Positions 1-11,300 of a stretch of DNA of 64,000 bases are shown here, piece by piece. Origin of the DNA: Mantamonas sphyraenae STR306 (lineage: Eukaryota > Protista > CRuMs); contig JAPMXV010000067.1 of NCBI GenBank assembly GCA_026936335.1, positions 248,001 through 312,000 of the forward strand, in the 5' to 3' direction. The notes beneath the pieces were generated by a model. The model did no database searches, was not told where the DNA came from, and was given only the letters and a program-made list of their open reading frames with translations. The position numbers and the translations under genes are program-made. How positions within the stretch are numbered: the stretch's first letter is position 1; every line of letters starts with the position of its first letter.

Positions 1-62
1 AAAAACCCTCCACGGCTTGACACGTGGCAGCCCCGCTCACACCTGTACACACACACGCACAG

Positions 63-802
63 GCATCCCGACCGCAACAGCGACGATCCCAAGGCCAGCG
101 ACAAGTACATGAACTTGCACACCGCATACAACACCCTCAAGGACCCCGAGAAGCGCGATCTCTACGACGCGGTCATGATCCTCACCCTCGGTCAGGGCAG
201 CATGGACGAGGCTGACAGGCTGTACACGGTACGTAAACGACATAGAGAAGACGGGATTGGGGGTTTGGAGGGTTGGGAGCACTGACACGCGTGTGGGCAT
301 CTCTCGGCTGGCACAGGAACTGTCCAAGGACTTGCTCAACTGGCTCAAGAGCGACCAGATCAAGCCTTACTGGGACATGGTGCCCAAGATGCCAAAGTGG
401 CTGAAGCAGAACAAGCTGCGTCTGACGCTGGCGGTGGTGGCTGTGAACGGCCTCGCCACCTTTTGGCTTGTTGGCAGCTCCAAGATCATGGGCGGGATTG
501 TGGGCGCCGTGTGGTGGTGCATCACGGGCGTGTTTGACCTCGTGCGCTTCTTTATGCTCGCTTTTACAGTCGACGGGATGCTGCATCCGAATGAGAAGCC
601 TGAGGAGGCGCCAGTCGACGGCGACTGGCAGAGCTTCGGCATCTCCGTTGCCATTTCGTTGGTGCTGTGGTATGTGGTGCTGCCGCAGTTGTGGAAACTT
701 ATCTGCTGTGGTGGGAGTGGCCCCGCCGACGAGGAGGACGGGCCAAAGACCTTGAAGAACAAGCGCGAGGGCAATGCACGCAAGGCGCGTGGGGGGAAGT
801 GA
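63..802 (+). CDS. DnaJ/Hsp40 J-domain membrane protein, 5' part outside the window; exons 63-228 and 317-802
   Basis: Exon 63-228 encodes HPDRNSDDPKASDKYMNLHTAYNTLKDPEKRDLYD (HPD motif and J-domain helices). A phase-0 intron 229-316 (GTACGT...CTGAC...CACAG) joins it in frame to ORF 257-802, which has about 3 hydrophobic segments. Confidence 0.85.
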
Positions 803-817
803 TTCCTGTTTGCGCAG

Positions 818-965
818 CGCAACACGTCAGCCAATCCTTCCACATTTCCTCCACTTCCAACCTCTCCTCATGTCCACTTCCCCCCCACCTCCCCTCTCCT
901 CCGTACGTCACCACCAGTTCGCCTTGCACACACCTCTCAGAATCAACTTGCACACCCGGTCGCAC
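818..965. repeat. Left terminal copy of the ~150-190 bp direct repeat bounding the ankyrin array
   Basis: cgcaacacgtcagcca...ctcctcatgtccact...cgccttgcacacacctctca...acccggtcgc recurs at 4746, 7917 and 11972. Confidence 0.85.
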
Positions 966-1179
966 CCACTTTGCTTCCATCACCACAGAACGCCTCGTTT
1001 CCGAGTGAACACCATCCGTGCACCCATCTCGTCGACTGGCATCCCAAAACCAACTGCACGAATCTTCTTTTGTTTCGGTGCTGTGCCCTCGACAGCCAAT
1101 CTTGGTCAATCACTTCCCATGTGCTTCGACACCCAGCTTGTGGGTCTCTCACCCTCCTGGTCCACGACCGATGCACCGA

Positions 1180-4100
1180 TCACCACGCTGCCATCGTGTC
1201 CAGCAGCATCGTCGCCGCTTCTGCGTGAGTCTGCGCAGTTGCAAAACACAACGGGGTCAATCCATGCGGATCCACCTTGTCCACCTCTGCACCATGGCCC
1301 AACAGTACCATCACCATGTCCACGTTACCAAAGGCTGCGGCAACAAACAGTGGCGAGAAGCCGCGGTCATCCGCCTCGTCCACCTCTGCTCCTCTGTCCA
1401 ACAGCATCATCGCCACCTCTGTGTACCCGTTCTGTGCTGCAATGTACAACGGCGTGGCACCGTTCGTCGACGCCTTGTTCACATCTGCTCCTCTGTCCGC
1501 CAGCAACGTCGCCGTCTCCGTATCTCCGTTCTGTGTTGCAATGAGCAACGGCGTCCACCCGTCCCAGTCCCCCTTGTTCACATCTGCTCCTCTGTCCACC
1601 AGCATCATCGCCATACCCGTGTACCCGTTTTGTGCTGCAATGAACAATGGTGTGTCTCCGTTCGCGTCAACATTGTCTACCTCTGCGCCCCTGTCCAGCA
1701 GCATCACCGCTGTCTCCGTATCTCCGTTCTGTGCTGCAATGAACAATGGTGTGTCTCCGTTCGCGTCAACATTGTCTACCTCTGCGCCCCTGTCCAACAG
1801 CATCACCGCTGTTTCCGTGTGCCCATTCTCTGCTGCAATGAACAATGGCGTGGCTCCGTTCACGTTGACCTTGTTCACATCTGCTCCTCTGTCCAGCAGC
1901 ATCGTCGTTGTCTCTGTGTGACCGTTTCGTGAAGCGATGTGTAAAGGCGTCCACCCGTCCCAGTCCCCTTTCTTCACATCTGCGCCCTTGTCCAGCAGCA
2001 TCGTCGCCATCCCCGTGTGACCGTTCTGTGCTGCAATGTACAACGGTGTGGCTCCGTTCGCGTCAACCTTGTCTACCTCTGCTCCCCTGTCCAGCAGCAT
2101 CGTCACCGTCTCTGTGTGTCCGTTCTGTACTGCAATGAGCAACGGCGTCCACCCATCCTCTTCAGCCTTGTTCATATCTGCTCCTCTGTCCAACAGCATC
2201 ACCGCTGTCTCTGTATCTCCGTTCTGTGCGGCAATGTACAACGGTGCGACTCCGTTCACGTCAACCTTGTCTACCTCTGCGCCCCTGTCAACCAGCATCA
2301 CCGCTGTCTCCATGTGCCCATTCTCTGCTGCAATGAACAATGGCGTGGCTCCGTTCACGTTGACCTTGTTCACATCTGCTCCTCTGTCCACCATCATCAT
2401 TGCCATGTCTGTGTGACCATTCCGTGAAGCGATGTGTAACGGCGTCCACCCGTCCCAGTACCCCTTGTCCACATCTGCTCCTCTGTCCACCAGCATCGTC
2501 GCTGTCTCCGTATGTCCCTTCTGTGCTGCAATGCACAACGGTGTGGCTCCTTTCACGGTGACCTTGTCCACCTCTGCGCCTCTGTCCAGCAGCATCGTCA
2601 CCATCTCCGTGTGTCCGTTCTGTGCTGCAATGAATAGCGGTGCGACTCCGTTCACGTTGACCGTGTTTACCTGTGCTCCGTTGTCCAGCAGTATTGTCAC
2701 CATCTCCATGTGCCAGTTCTGTGCTGCAATGCACAATGGCGTGGCACCGTTCACGTCAACCTTGTCCACCTGTGCTCCCCTGTTCAACAGCATCGTCGCC
2801 GTCTCTGTGTGTCCGCACTGTGCTGCAACGTACAACGCTGTGGCTCCGTTTACGTTCCCCTTGTTCACATCTGCTCCTCCGTCCAACAGCATTGTTGCCG
2901 TCTCCGTATCTCCGTTCTGTGCTGCAATGAACAATGGCGTGGCTCTGTTCACGTTGACCTTGTCTACCTCTGCGCCCCTGTTCAGGAGCATCGTCACCAT
3001 CTCCGCATGCCCGTTCTGTGCTGCAATGAATAGCGGTGCGACTCCGTTCACGTCAACCTTTTCTACCTGTGCTCCTCTGTCCACCAGCATCGTCGCCGTC
3101 TCTGTGTGCCCGTTCTGTGCGGCAATGTACAATGGTGTGGCTCCGTTCACGTTGACATTGTCCACCTCTGCTCCCCTGTCCACCAGTATGGCTGCTGTCT
3201 CTGTGTGCCCGTTCTGTGCGGCAATGTACAATGGTGTGGCTCCGTTCACGTTCCCCTTGTTCACTTGTGCGCCCCTGTCCAGCAGCATCGTCGCCGTCTC
3301 CGTATGCCCCTTCTTTGCGGCAATGTACAACGGTGTGGCTCCGTTCTTCAGCGACTCATTCACCCCTGCGCCTCTGTCCAGGAGCATCGTTGCCATCTCT
3401 GTGTGCCCTTGCAGTGCTGCAATGAACAACGGCGTGGCTCCGTTCACGTTCCCCTTGTTCACTTCTGCGCCCCTGTCCAGCAGCATTGTTGCCGTCTCTG
3501 TGTGCCCGTTCTGTGCTGCAATGAGCAACGGCGTCCACCCGTCGTCATCTGCCTTGTTCACTTCTGCGCCCCTGTCCAGCAGCATTGTTGCCGTCTCTGT
3601 GTGCCCGTTCTGTGCTGCAATGAGCAACGGCGTCCACCCGTCCTCTTCTGCCTTGTCCACATCTGCTCCCCTGTCCAGGAGCATCGTCGCCATCTCTGTG
3701 TGCCCGTTCAGCGCTGCAATGTACAACGGTGTGTCACCGTTCACGTTCCCCTTGTTCACTTTTGCGCCCGTGTCCAGCAGCATCGTCGCCATCTCTGTGT
3801 GCCCAATCTGTGCTGCAATGAGCAACGGCGTAGCTCCGTCCTGCGTCGCCATGTCCAACTCTGCGCCTCTCTCTACCAGCATTGTTGCCGTCTCCGTATG
3901 TCCGTTCTGTGCTGCAATGTACAGCGGCGTAGCTCCGTTCGTTCGCGGCTCATTTAACTTTGCTCCCCTGTCCAGCAGCATCACCGCCATCTCAGTGTGC
4001 CCGTTCTCTGCTGCAACGAACAACGGCGTCCACCCCTCCTTGGTCTCCTTGTCCACTTCTGCTCCCCTGTCCACCAGCATCGTTGCCATCTCTGTGTAAC

Positions 4101-4731
4101 CGTTCTGTGCTGCAATGTACAACGGCGTGGCTCCGTCCGTACGCGACTCACCCACCTGTGCTCCCCTGTCTAGCAATATCGTAGCCGTCTCTGTGTGCCC
4201 GTTCTGTGCTGCAATGAACAACGGTGTCCACCCGTCCTTTTTCGCCTTGTCCACTTCTGCTCCCCTGTCCAGAAACACCATTGCCATCTCGGTGTACCCG
4301 TTCTGTGCTGCAATGTACAACGGGGTGGCTCCGTCCTCCAACGCCTTGTCCACCCTTGCTCCCCTGTCCAGCAGTATCGTCACCATCTCTGTGTGCCCGG
4401 TCTCCGCTGCAATGTGTAGCGGCGTCCACGCGTCCCCGTCCGTTTTGTCCACTTCTGCTCCTCTATCCAGCAGCATCGTTGCCGTCTCCGTGTGTCCCTT
4501 ACGTGCTGCCATGTGTAGCGGCGTGCCTCCTTCCGCGTCCGCCTTGTCCACCTCTGCGCCCCTGTCCAGCAGCAGCTCTGCCGCCAAGGTGTTTCCCTCC
4601 GACGCGGCCTGCAGCAACGCCGTCCACCCATCCGTTTTCTGCTCATTCACATCCGCACCCCCATCCATCAACGACTCCATTCCACTCACGTCTCCCTTCT
4701 CCACTGCCCTCATCAGCTCTGTGTCCTGCAT
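1180..4731 (-). CDS. Ankyrin-repeat-only protein, copy 1 (36 repeats); probable short first exon at 4922-4936
   Basis: 1183-aa ORF of 33-aa units GxTPLxIAAxxGHTExAxMLLDRGAxVxK. The lengths 34 + 34x33 + 27 sum to 1183. Confidence 0.95.
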   Translation of the reverse strand: MQDTELMRAVEKGDVSGMESLMDGGADVNEQKTDGWTALLQAASEGNTLAAELLLDRGAEVDKADAEGGTPLHMAARKGHTETATMLLDRGAEVDKTDGDAWTPLHIAAETGHTEMVTILLDRGARVDKALEDGATPLYIAAQNGYTEMAMVFLDRGAEVDKAKKDGWTPLFIAAQNGHTETATILLDRGAQVGESRTDGATPLYIAAQNGYTEMATMLVDRGAEVDKETKEGWTPLFVAAENGHTEMAVMLLDRGAKLNEPRTNGATPLYIAAQNGHTETATMLVERGAELDMATQDGATPLLIAAQIGHTEMATMLLDTGAKVNKGNVNGDTPLYIAALNGHTEMATMLLDRGADVDKAEEDGWTPLLIAAQNGHTETATMLLDRGAEVNKADDDGWTPLLIAAQNGHTETATMLLDRGAEVNKGNVNGATPLFIAALQGHTEMATMLLDRGAGVNESLKNGATPLYIAAKKGHTETATMLLDRGAQVNKGNVNGATPLYIAAQNGHTETAAILVDRGAEVDNVNVNGATPLYIAAQNGHTETATMLVDRGAQVEKVDVNGVAPLFIAAQNGHAEMVTMLLNRGAEVDKVNVNRATPLFIAAQNGDTETATMLLDGGADVNKGNVNGATALYVAAQCGHTETATMLLNRGAQVDKVDVNGATPLCIAAQNWHMEMVTILLDNGAQVNTVNVNGVAPLFIAAQNGHTEMVTMLLDRGAEVDKVTVKGATPLCIAAQKGHTETATMLVDRGADVDKGYWDGWTPLHIASRNGHTDMAMMMVDRGADVNKVNVNGATPLFIAAENGHMETAVMLVDRGAEVDKVDVNGVAPLYIAAQNGDTETAVMLLDRGADMNKAEEDGWTPLLIAVQNGHTETVTMLLDRGAEVDKVDANGATPLYIAAQNGHTGMATMLLDKGADVKKGDWDGWTPLHIASRNGHTETTTMLLDRGADVNKVNVNGATPLFIAAENGHTETAVMLLDRGAEVDNVDANGDTPLFIAAQNGDTETAVMLLDRGAEVDNVDANGDTPLFIAAQNGYTGMAMMLVDRGADVNKGDWDGWTPLLIATQNGDTETATLLADRGADVNKASTNGATPLYIAAQNGYTEVAMMLLDRGAEVDEADDRGFSPLFVAAAFGNVDMVMVLLGHGAEVDKVDPHGLTPLCFATAQTHAEAATMLLDTMAAW

Positions 4732-5136
4732 CCTCGCTCTTCGCTCGCAACACGTCAGCCATATTCCACAGTTCCTTCACCTCTCCCCTCTCCTCATGTC
4801 CACTCCCCCCACCTCCCCTCTCTACCGTACGTCACCAACAGTACGCCTTGCACACACCTCTCACAATCAACTTGCACACCCGGTCGCTCTCGCTCTTCCC
4901 TGTCCCCACTTCTCCAACCACCCACTTTGCTTCCATCACCACAGAACGCCTCGTTTCCGAGTGAACACCATCCGTGCACCCATCTCGTCGACTGGCATCC
5001 CAAAAACCAACTGCACGAATCTTCTTTTGTTTCGGTGCTGTGCCCTCGACAGCCAATCTTGGTCAATCCCTTCCCATGTGCTTCGACACCCAGCTTGTGG
5101 GTCTCTCACCCTCCTGGACTACGACCGATGCACCGA
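4732..5136. repeat. Inter-copy spacer, near-identical to 7903-8306
   Basis: Direct comparison shows only an A-run length difference and a few substitutions. Its right half also matches 963-1179. Confidence 0.9.
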
Positions 5137-7902
5137 TCACCACGCTGCCATCGTGTCCAGCAGCATCGTCGCCGCTTCTGCATGAGTCTTCTCAGTTGCA
5201 AAACACAACGGGGTCAATCCATGCTGATCCACCTTGTCCACTTCTGCTCCATGGTCCAACAGTAGCATCACCATGTCCACGTTCCCTATCTCAGCTGCAA
5301 CAAACAGTGGTGACAAGCCGCGGTCATCTGCTTTGTCCACATCTGCTCCTCTGTCCAACAGCATCGTTGCCATCTCTGTGTGCCCACTCTGTGCTGCGAT
5401 GTGCAACGGCGTCCACCTGTCCCAGTCCCCCTTGTTCGCATCTGCTCCTCTGTCCAACAGCATCATCGCTGTCTCCGTATGTTCGTTCTGCGCTGCAATG
5501 TACAACGGTGTGGCTCCGTTCACGTCAACCTTGTCCACCTGTGCTCCCCTGTCCAGCAGCATCGTCACCGTCTCTGTGTGCCCGTTCTCTGCTGCAATGT
5601 GTAACGGCGTCCACCCATCCTCCTCTTCTGCCCTGTCCACCTCTGCTCCCCTGTCCAGCAGCATCATCGCCGTTTTTGTGTGTCCCCTCTGTGCTGCAAT
5701 GTGTAACGGCGTCCACCCATCCTCCTCTTCTGCCCTGTCCACCTCTGCTCCTCTGTCCAGCAGCATCACCGCCATCTCTGTGTGCCCACTCTGTGCTGCA
5801 ATGTACAACGGTGTGGCATCGTTCACGTTCCCCTGGTTCACATCTGCTCTTCTGTCCAGCAGCATCATCGCTGTTTCCGTATTTCCGTTCTGTGCTGCAA
5901 TGTACAACGGTGTGGCACCGTTCACGTTCCCCTGGTTCACATCTGCTCTTCTGTCCAGCAGCATCGTCACCATCTCTATGTGTCCGTTCTGCGCTGCAAT
6001 GTACAACGGTGTGGCTTCGTCTACGTTGACCTTGTTCACCTGTGCTCCCCTGTTCAATAGCATCGTCGCCGTTTCTGTGTGTCCGTTCTGCGCTGCAATG
6101 TACAACGGTGTGGCTTCGTCTACGTTGACCTTGTTCACCTGTGCTCCCCTGTTCAATAGCATCGTCGCCGTTTCCGTGTGTCCGTTCTGTGCTGCAATGT
6201 ACAACGGCGTGGCTCCGTTCGTACCCGACTTATTCACATCTGCTCCCCTGTCCAGCAGCATCATTGCCATCTCTGTGTGCCCGTTATTTGCTGCAATGTA
6301 CAACGGTGTTGCACCGTTCACGTTGACCTTGTCCACCTCTGCTCCTCTGTCCAGCAGCATCGTCGCCATCTCTGTGTGCCCGCTCACGGCTGCTGCAAAT
6401 AACGGCGTCCATCCGTCCTCCATCGCTTTGTCCACCGTTGCTCCCCTGTCCAGCAGCATCGTCGCCATCTCTGTGTGCCCGCTCACGGCTGCTGCAAATA
6501 ACGGCGTCCATCCGTCCTCCATCGCTTTGTCCACCGTTGCTCCCCTGTCCAGCAGCATCGTCGCTGTCTGTGTGTGCCCTTCCAGTACTGCAACAAACAA
6601 CGGCGTCCACTCGTCCTGCGTCCCCTTGTCCACTTCTGCTCCCCTGTCCAGCAGCATCGTTGCCATCTCTGTGTGTCCGTTCTCTGCTGCAATGTACAAC
6701 GGCGTGCATCCGCTCGTCAAAGGCTTGTCCACCTCTGCTCCCCTGTCCAGCAGCATCACCGCTGTCTCTGTATCTCCGTTCTGTGCTGCAATGTACAACG
6801 GTGTGGCTCCGCTCGTCAAAGGCTTGTCCACCTCTGCTCCCCTGTCCAGCAGCATCGTTGCCATCTCTGTGTGTCCGTTTTCTGCTGCAATGTACAACGG
6901 CGTGCATCCGCTCGTCAAAGGCTTGTCCACCTCTGCTCCCCTGTCCAGCAGCATCGTTGCCGTCTCTGTGTGCCCGTTCTGTGCTGCAATGTGCAACGGC
7001 GTGCACTCGTCCTCTGTCTCCTTGTCCACTTCAGCTCCTCTGTCCAGCAGCATCGCCACGATCTCTCTGTGACCGTTCTTTGATGCAACGAACAAGGCTG
7101 TGACCCCCATCCTCTCCGTCTTGCCCACTTCTGCGCCCGTGTCCAGCAGCATCGTCGCCATCTCTGTGTGCCCAATCTGTGCTGCAATGAGCAACGGCGT
7201 AGCTCCGTCCTGCGTCGCCATGTCCAACTCTGCGCCTCTCTCTACCAGCATTGTTGCCGTCTCCGTATGTCCGTTCTGTGCTGCAATGTACAGCGGCGTG
7301 GCTCCGTTCGTTCGCGGCTCATTTAACTTTGCTCCCCTGTCCAGCAGCATCATTGCCATCTCTGTGTGCCCGTTCTCTGCTGCAACGAACAACGGCGTCC
7401 ACCCCTCCTTGGTCTCCTTGTCCACTTCTGCTCCCCTGTCCAGAAACACCATTGCCATCTCGGTGTACCCGTTCTGTGCTGCAATGTACAACGGGGTGGC
7501 TCCGTCCTCCAACGCCTTGTCCACCCTTGCTCCCCTGTCCAGCAGTATCGTCACCATCTCTGTGTGCCCGGTCTCCGCTGCAATGTGTAGCGGCGTCCAC
7601 GCGTCCCCGTCCGTTTTGTCCACTTCTGCTCCTCTATCCAGCAGCATCGTTGCCGTCTCCGTGTGTCCCTTACGTGCTGCCATGTGTAGCGGCGTGCCTC
7701 CTTCCGCGTCCGCCTTGTCCACCTCTGCGCCCCTGTCCAGCAGCAGCTCTGCCGCCAAGGTGTTTCCCTCCGACGCGGCCTGCAGCAACGCCGTCCACCC
7801 ATCCGTTTTCTGCTCATTCACATCCGCACCCCCATCCATCAACGACTCCATTCCACTCACGTCTCCCTTCTCCACTGCCCTCATCAGCTCTGTGTCCTGC
7901 AT
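5137..7902 (-). CDS. Ankyrin-repeat-only protein, copy 2 (28 repeats, chimeric); probable short first exon at 8093-8107
   Basis: 921-aa ORF. The N-terminal ~160 aa are identical to copy 1 and the C-terminal cap is identical to copy 3. Confidence 0.95.
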   Translation of the reverse strand: MQDTELMRAVEKGDVSGMESLMDGGADVNEQKTDGWTALLQAASEGNTLAAELLLDRGAEVDKADAEGGTPLHMAARKGHTETATMLLDRGAEVDKTDGDAWTPLHIAAETGHTEMVTILLDRGARVDKALEDGATPLYIAAQNGYTEMAMVFLDRGAEVDKETKEGWTPLFVAAENGHTEMAMMLLDRGAKLNEPRTNGATPLYIAAQNGHTETATMLVERGAELDMATQDGATPLLIAAQIGHTEMATMLLDTGAEVGKTERMGVTALFVASKNGHREIVAMLLDRGAEVDKETEDECTPLHIAAQNGHTETATMLLDRGAEVDKPLTSGCTPLYIAAENGHTEMATMLLDRGAEVDKPLTSGATPLYIAAQNGDTETAVMLLDRGAEVDKPLTSGCTPLYIAAENGHTEMATMLLDRGAEVDKGTQDEWTPLFVAVLEGHTQTATMLLDRGATVDKAMEDGWTPLFAAAVSGHTEMATMLLDRGATVDKAMEDGWTPLFAAAVSGHTEMATMLLDRGAEVDKVNVNGATPLYIAANNGHTEMAMMLLDRGADVNKSGTNGATPLYIAAQNGHTETATMLLNRGAQVNKVNVDEATPLYIAAQNGHTETATMLLNRGAQVNKVNVDEATPLYIAAQNGHIEMVTMLLDRRADVNQGNVNGATPLYIAAQNGNTETAMMLLDRRADVNQGNVNDATPLYIAAQSGHTEMAVMLLDRGAEVDRAEEEDGWTPLHIAAQRGHTKTAMMLLDRGAEVDRAEEEDGWTPLHIAAENGHTETVTMLLDRGAQVDKVDVNGATPLYIAAQNEHTETAMMLLDRGADANKGDWDRWTPLHIAAQSGHTEMATMLLDRGADVDKADDRGLSPLFVAAEIGNVDMVMLLLDHGAEVDKVDQHGLTPLCFATEKTHAEAATMLLDTMAAW

Positions 7903-8306
7903 CCTCGCTCTTCGCTCGCAACACGTCAGCCATATTCCACAGTTCCTTCACCTCTCCCCTCTCCTCATGTCCACTCCCCCCACCTCCCCTCTCTACCGTA
8001 CGTCACCAACAGTACGCCTTGCACACACCTCTCACAATCAACTTGCACACCCGGTCGCTCTCGCTCTTCCCTGTCCCCACTTCTCCAACCACCCACTTTG
8101 CTTCCATCACCACAGAACGCCTCGTTTCCGAGTGAACACCATCCGTGCACCCATCTCGTCGACTGGCATCCCAAAACCAACTGCACGAATCTTCTTTTGT
8201 TTCGGTGCTGTGCCCTCGACAGCCAATCTTGGTCAATCCCTTCCCATGTGCTTCGACACCCAGCTTGTGGGTCTCTCACCCTCCTGGACCACGACCGATG
8301 CACCGA
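7903..8306. repeat. Inter-copy spacer, second copy
   Basis: Near-identical to 4732-5136. Confidence 0.9.
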
Positions 8307-11300
8307 TCACCACGCTGCCATCGTGTCCAGCAGCATCGTCGCCGCTTCTGCATGAGTCTTCTCAGTTGCAAAACACAACGGGGTCAATCCATGCTGATCC
8401 ACCTTGTCCACTTCTGCTCCATGGTCCAACAGTAGCATCACCATGTCCACGTTCCCTATCTCAGCTGCAACAAACAGTGGTGACAAGCCGCGGTCATCTG
8501 CTTTGTCCACATCTGCTCCTCTGTCCAACAGCATCGTTGCCATCTCTGTGTGCCCACTCTGTGCTGCGATGTGCAACGGCGTCCACCTGTCCCAGTCCCC
8601 CTTGTTCGCATCTGCTCCTCTGTCCAACAGCATCATCGCTGTCTCCGTATCTCCGTTCTCTGCTGCAATGTGTAACGGCGTGGCTCCGTTCACGTCAACC
8701 TTGTCCACCTCTGCTCCCCTGTCCAGCAGCATCGTCGCTGTCTCTGTGTGCCCGTTCTGTGCTGCAATGAGCAACGGCGTCCACCCATACTCTTCTGCCC
8801 TGTCCACATCTGCTCCCCTGTCCAGCAGCATCGTCGCCGTTTCTGTGTGCCCGTACAGTGCTGCAATGTACAACGGTGTGGCGCCGTTCGTCCGAGACTT
8901 ATTCGCCTCTGCTCCTCTGTCCAGCAGCATCACCGCCATCTCTGTGTGCCCACTCTGTGCTGCAATGTACAACGGTGTGGCACCGTTCACGTTCCCCTGG
9001 TTCACATCTGCTCCTCTGTCCAACAGCATCATCGCTGTTTCCGTATCTCCGTTCTGTGCTGCAATGAACAGCGGCGTGGTTCCGTTCACGTTCGCCTGGT
9101 TCACATCTGCTCTTCTGTCCACCAGCATCATCGCTGTCTCCGTATCTCCGTTCTCTGCTGCAATGTGTAACGGCGTGGCTCCGTCCTCCATCGCCATGTC
9201 CACCTGTGCTCCCCTGTCCAGCAGCATCGTCGCTGTCTCTGTGTGCCCGTTCTGTGCTGCAATGTGTAACGGCGTCCACCCATCCTCTTCTGCCCTGTCC
9301 ACATCTGCTCCCCTGTCCAGCAGCATCGTCGCCGTTTCTGTGTGCCCGTACAGTGCTGCAATGTACAACGGTGTGGCGCCGTTCGTCCGAGACTTATTCG
9401 CCTCTGCTCCTCTGTCCAGCAGCATCACCGCCATCTCTGTGTGCCCACTCTGTGCTGCAATGTACAACGGTGTGGCACCGTTCACGTTCCCCTGGTTCAC
9501 ATCTGCTCTTCTGTCCACCAGCATCATCGCTGTTTCCGTATTCCCGTTCTGTGCTGCAATGTACAACGGTGTGGCACCGTTCACGTTCCCCTGGTTCACA
9601 TCTGCTCCGCTGTCCAGCAGTATCATCGCTGTTTCCGCATCTCCGTTCTGTGCTGCAATGAACAGCGGCGTGGTTCCGTTCACGTTCGCCTTGTCCACTT
9701 CTGCTCCTCTGTCCAGCAGCATCGTCACCATCTCTGTGTGCCCACTCTGCGCTGCAATGTACAACGGTGTGGCTTCGTCTACGTTGACCTTGTTCACCTG
9801 TGCTCCCCTGTTCAACAGCATCGTCGCCGTTTCTGTGTGCCCGTTCTGTGCTGCAATGTACAACGGTGTGGCACCGTTCACGTTCCCCTGGTTCACATCT
9901 GCTCCGCTGTCCACCAGCATCACCGCTGTCTCCGTATCTCCGTTCTGTGCTGCAACGAGCAACGGCGTCCATCCGTCCTCTGTCGCCTTGTCCAACTCTG
10001 CTCCCCTCTTCACCAGCATTGCCAACATCTCCGTGTGTCCGTTCTGTGCTGCAATGTACAACGGCGTGGCTCCGTTCGTACCCGACTTATTCACATCTGC
10101 TCCCCTGTCCAGCAGCATTGCCAACATCTCTGTGTGCCCGTTATTTGCTGCAATGTACAACGGTGTTGCACCGTTCACGTTGACCTTGTCCACCTCTGCT
10201 CCTCTGTCCAGCAGCATCGTCGCCATCTCTGTGTGCCCGCTCACGGCTGCTGCAAATAACGGCGTCCATCCGTCCTCCATCGCTTTGTCCACCGTTGCTC
10301 CCCTGTCCAGCAGCATCGTCGCCATCTCTGTGTGCCCATTCACGGCTGCTGCAAATAACGGCGTCCACTCGTCCTGCGTCCCCTTGTCCACTTCTGCTCC
10401 CCTGTCCAGCAGCATCGTTGCCATCTCTGTGTGTCCGTTCTCTGCTGCAATGTACAATGGTGTGTCTCCGTTCATGTTGACCTTGTCCACCTCTGCTCCC
10501 CTGTCCAGAAGCATCATCGCTGTTTCCGTATGTCCGTTTTCTGCTGCAATGTACAACGGCGTGGCTCCGTTCGTACGCGGCTCATTCACCTTTGCTCCCA
10601 TGTCCACCAGCATCGTCGCCGTCGATGTGTGCCCTTCCAATACTGCAACAAACAACGGTGTCCACTCGTCCTCTGTCTCCTTGTCCACTTCAGCTCCTCT
10701 GTCCAGCAGCATCGCCACGATCTCTCTGTGACCGTTCTTTGATGCAACGAACAAAGCTGTGACCCCCATCCTATCCGTCTTGCCCACTTCTGCGCCCCTG
10801 TCCAGCAGCATCGCCACGATCTCTCTGTGACCGTTCTTTGATGCAACGAGCAACGGCGTCCACCCCTCCTCTGTCGCCTTGTCCACTTCTGCTCCCCTGT
10901 CCAGAATCATCATTGCCATCTCTGTGTACCCGTTCTGGGCTGCAATGTACAACGGCGTGGCTCCGTCCTCCATCGCCATGTCCACCTGTGCTCCCCTGTC
11001 CACAAGCATCGTCACCGTCTCTGTGTGTCCGTCCAGTGCTGCAATGTGTAACGGCGTCCACCCGTCGTCATCTGCCTTGTTCACTTCTGCTCCCCTGTCC
11101 ACCAGCATCGTTGCCGTCTCTGTGTGCCCGTTCTGTGCTGAAATGTGTAACGGCGTCCACCCGAACTCCAATGACTTGTCCACTTCTGCTCCTCTGTCCA
11201 GCAGCATTGTTGCAATATCCGTGTGCCCGTTCTCTGCTGCAACGAACAACGGCGTCCACCCCTCCTTGGTCTCCTTGTCCACCTCTGCTCCCCTGTCCAG

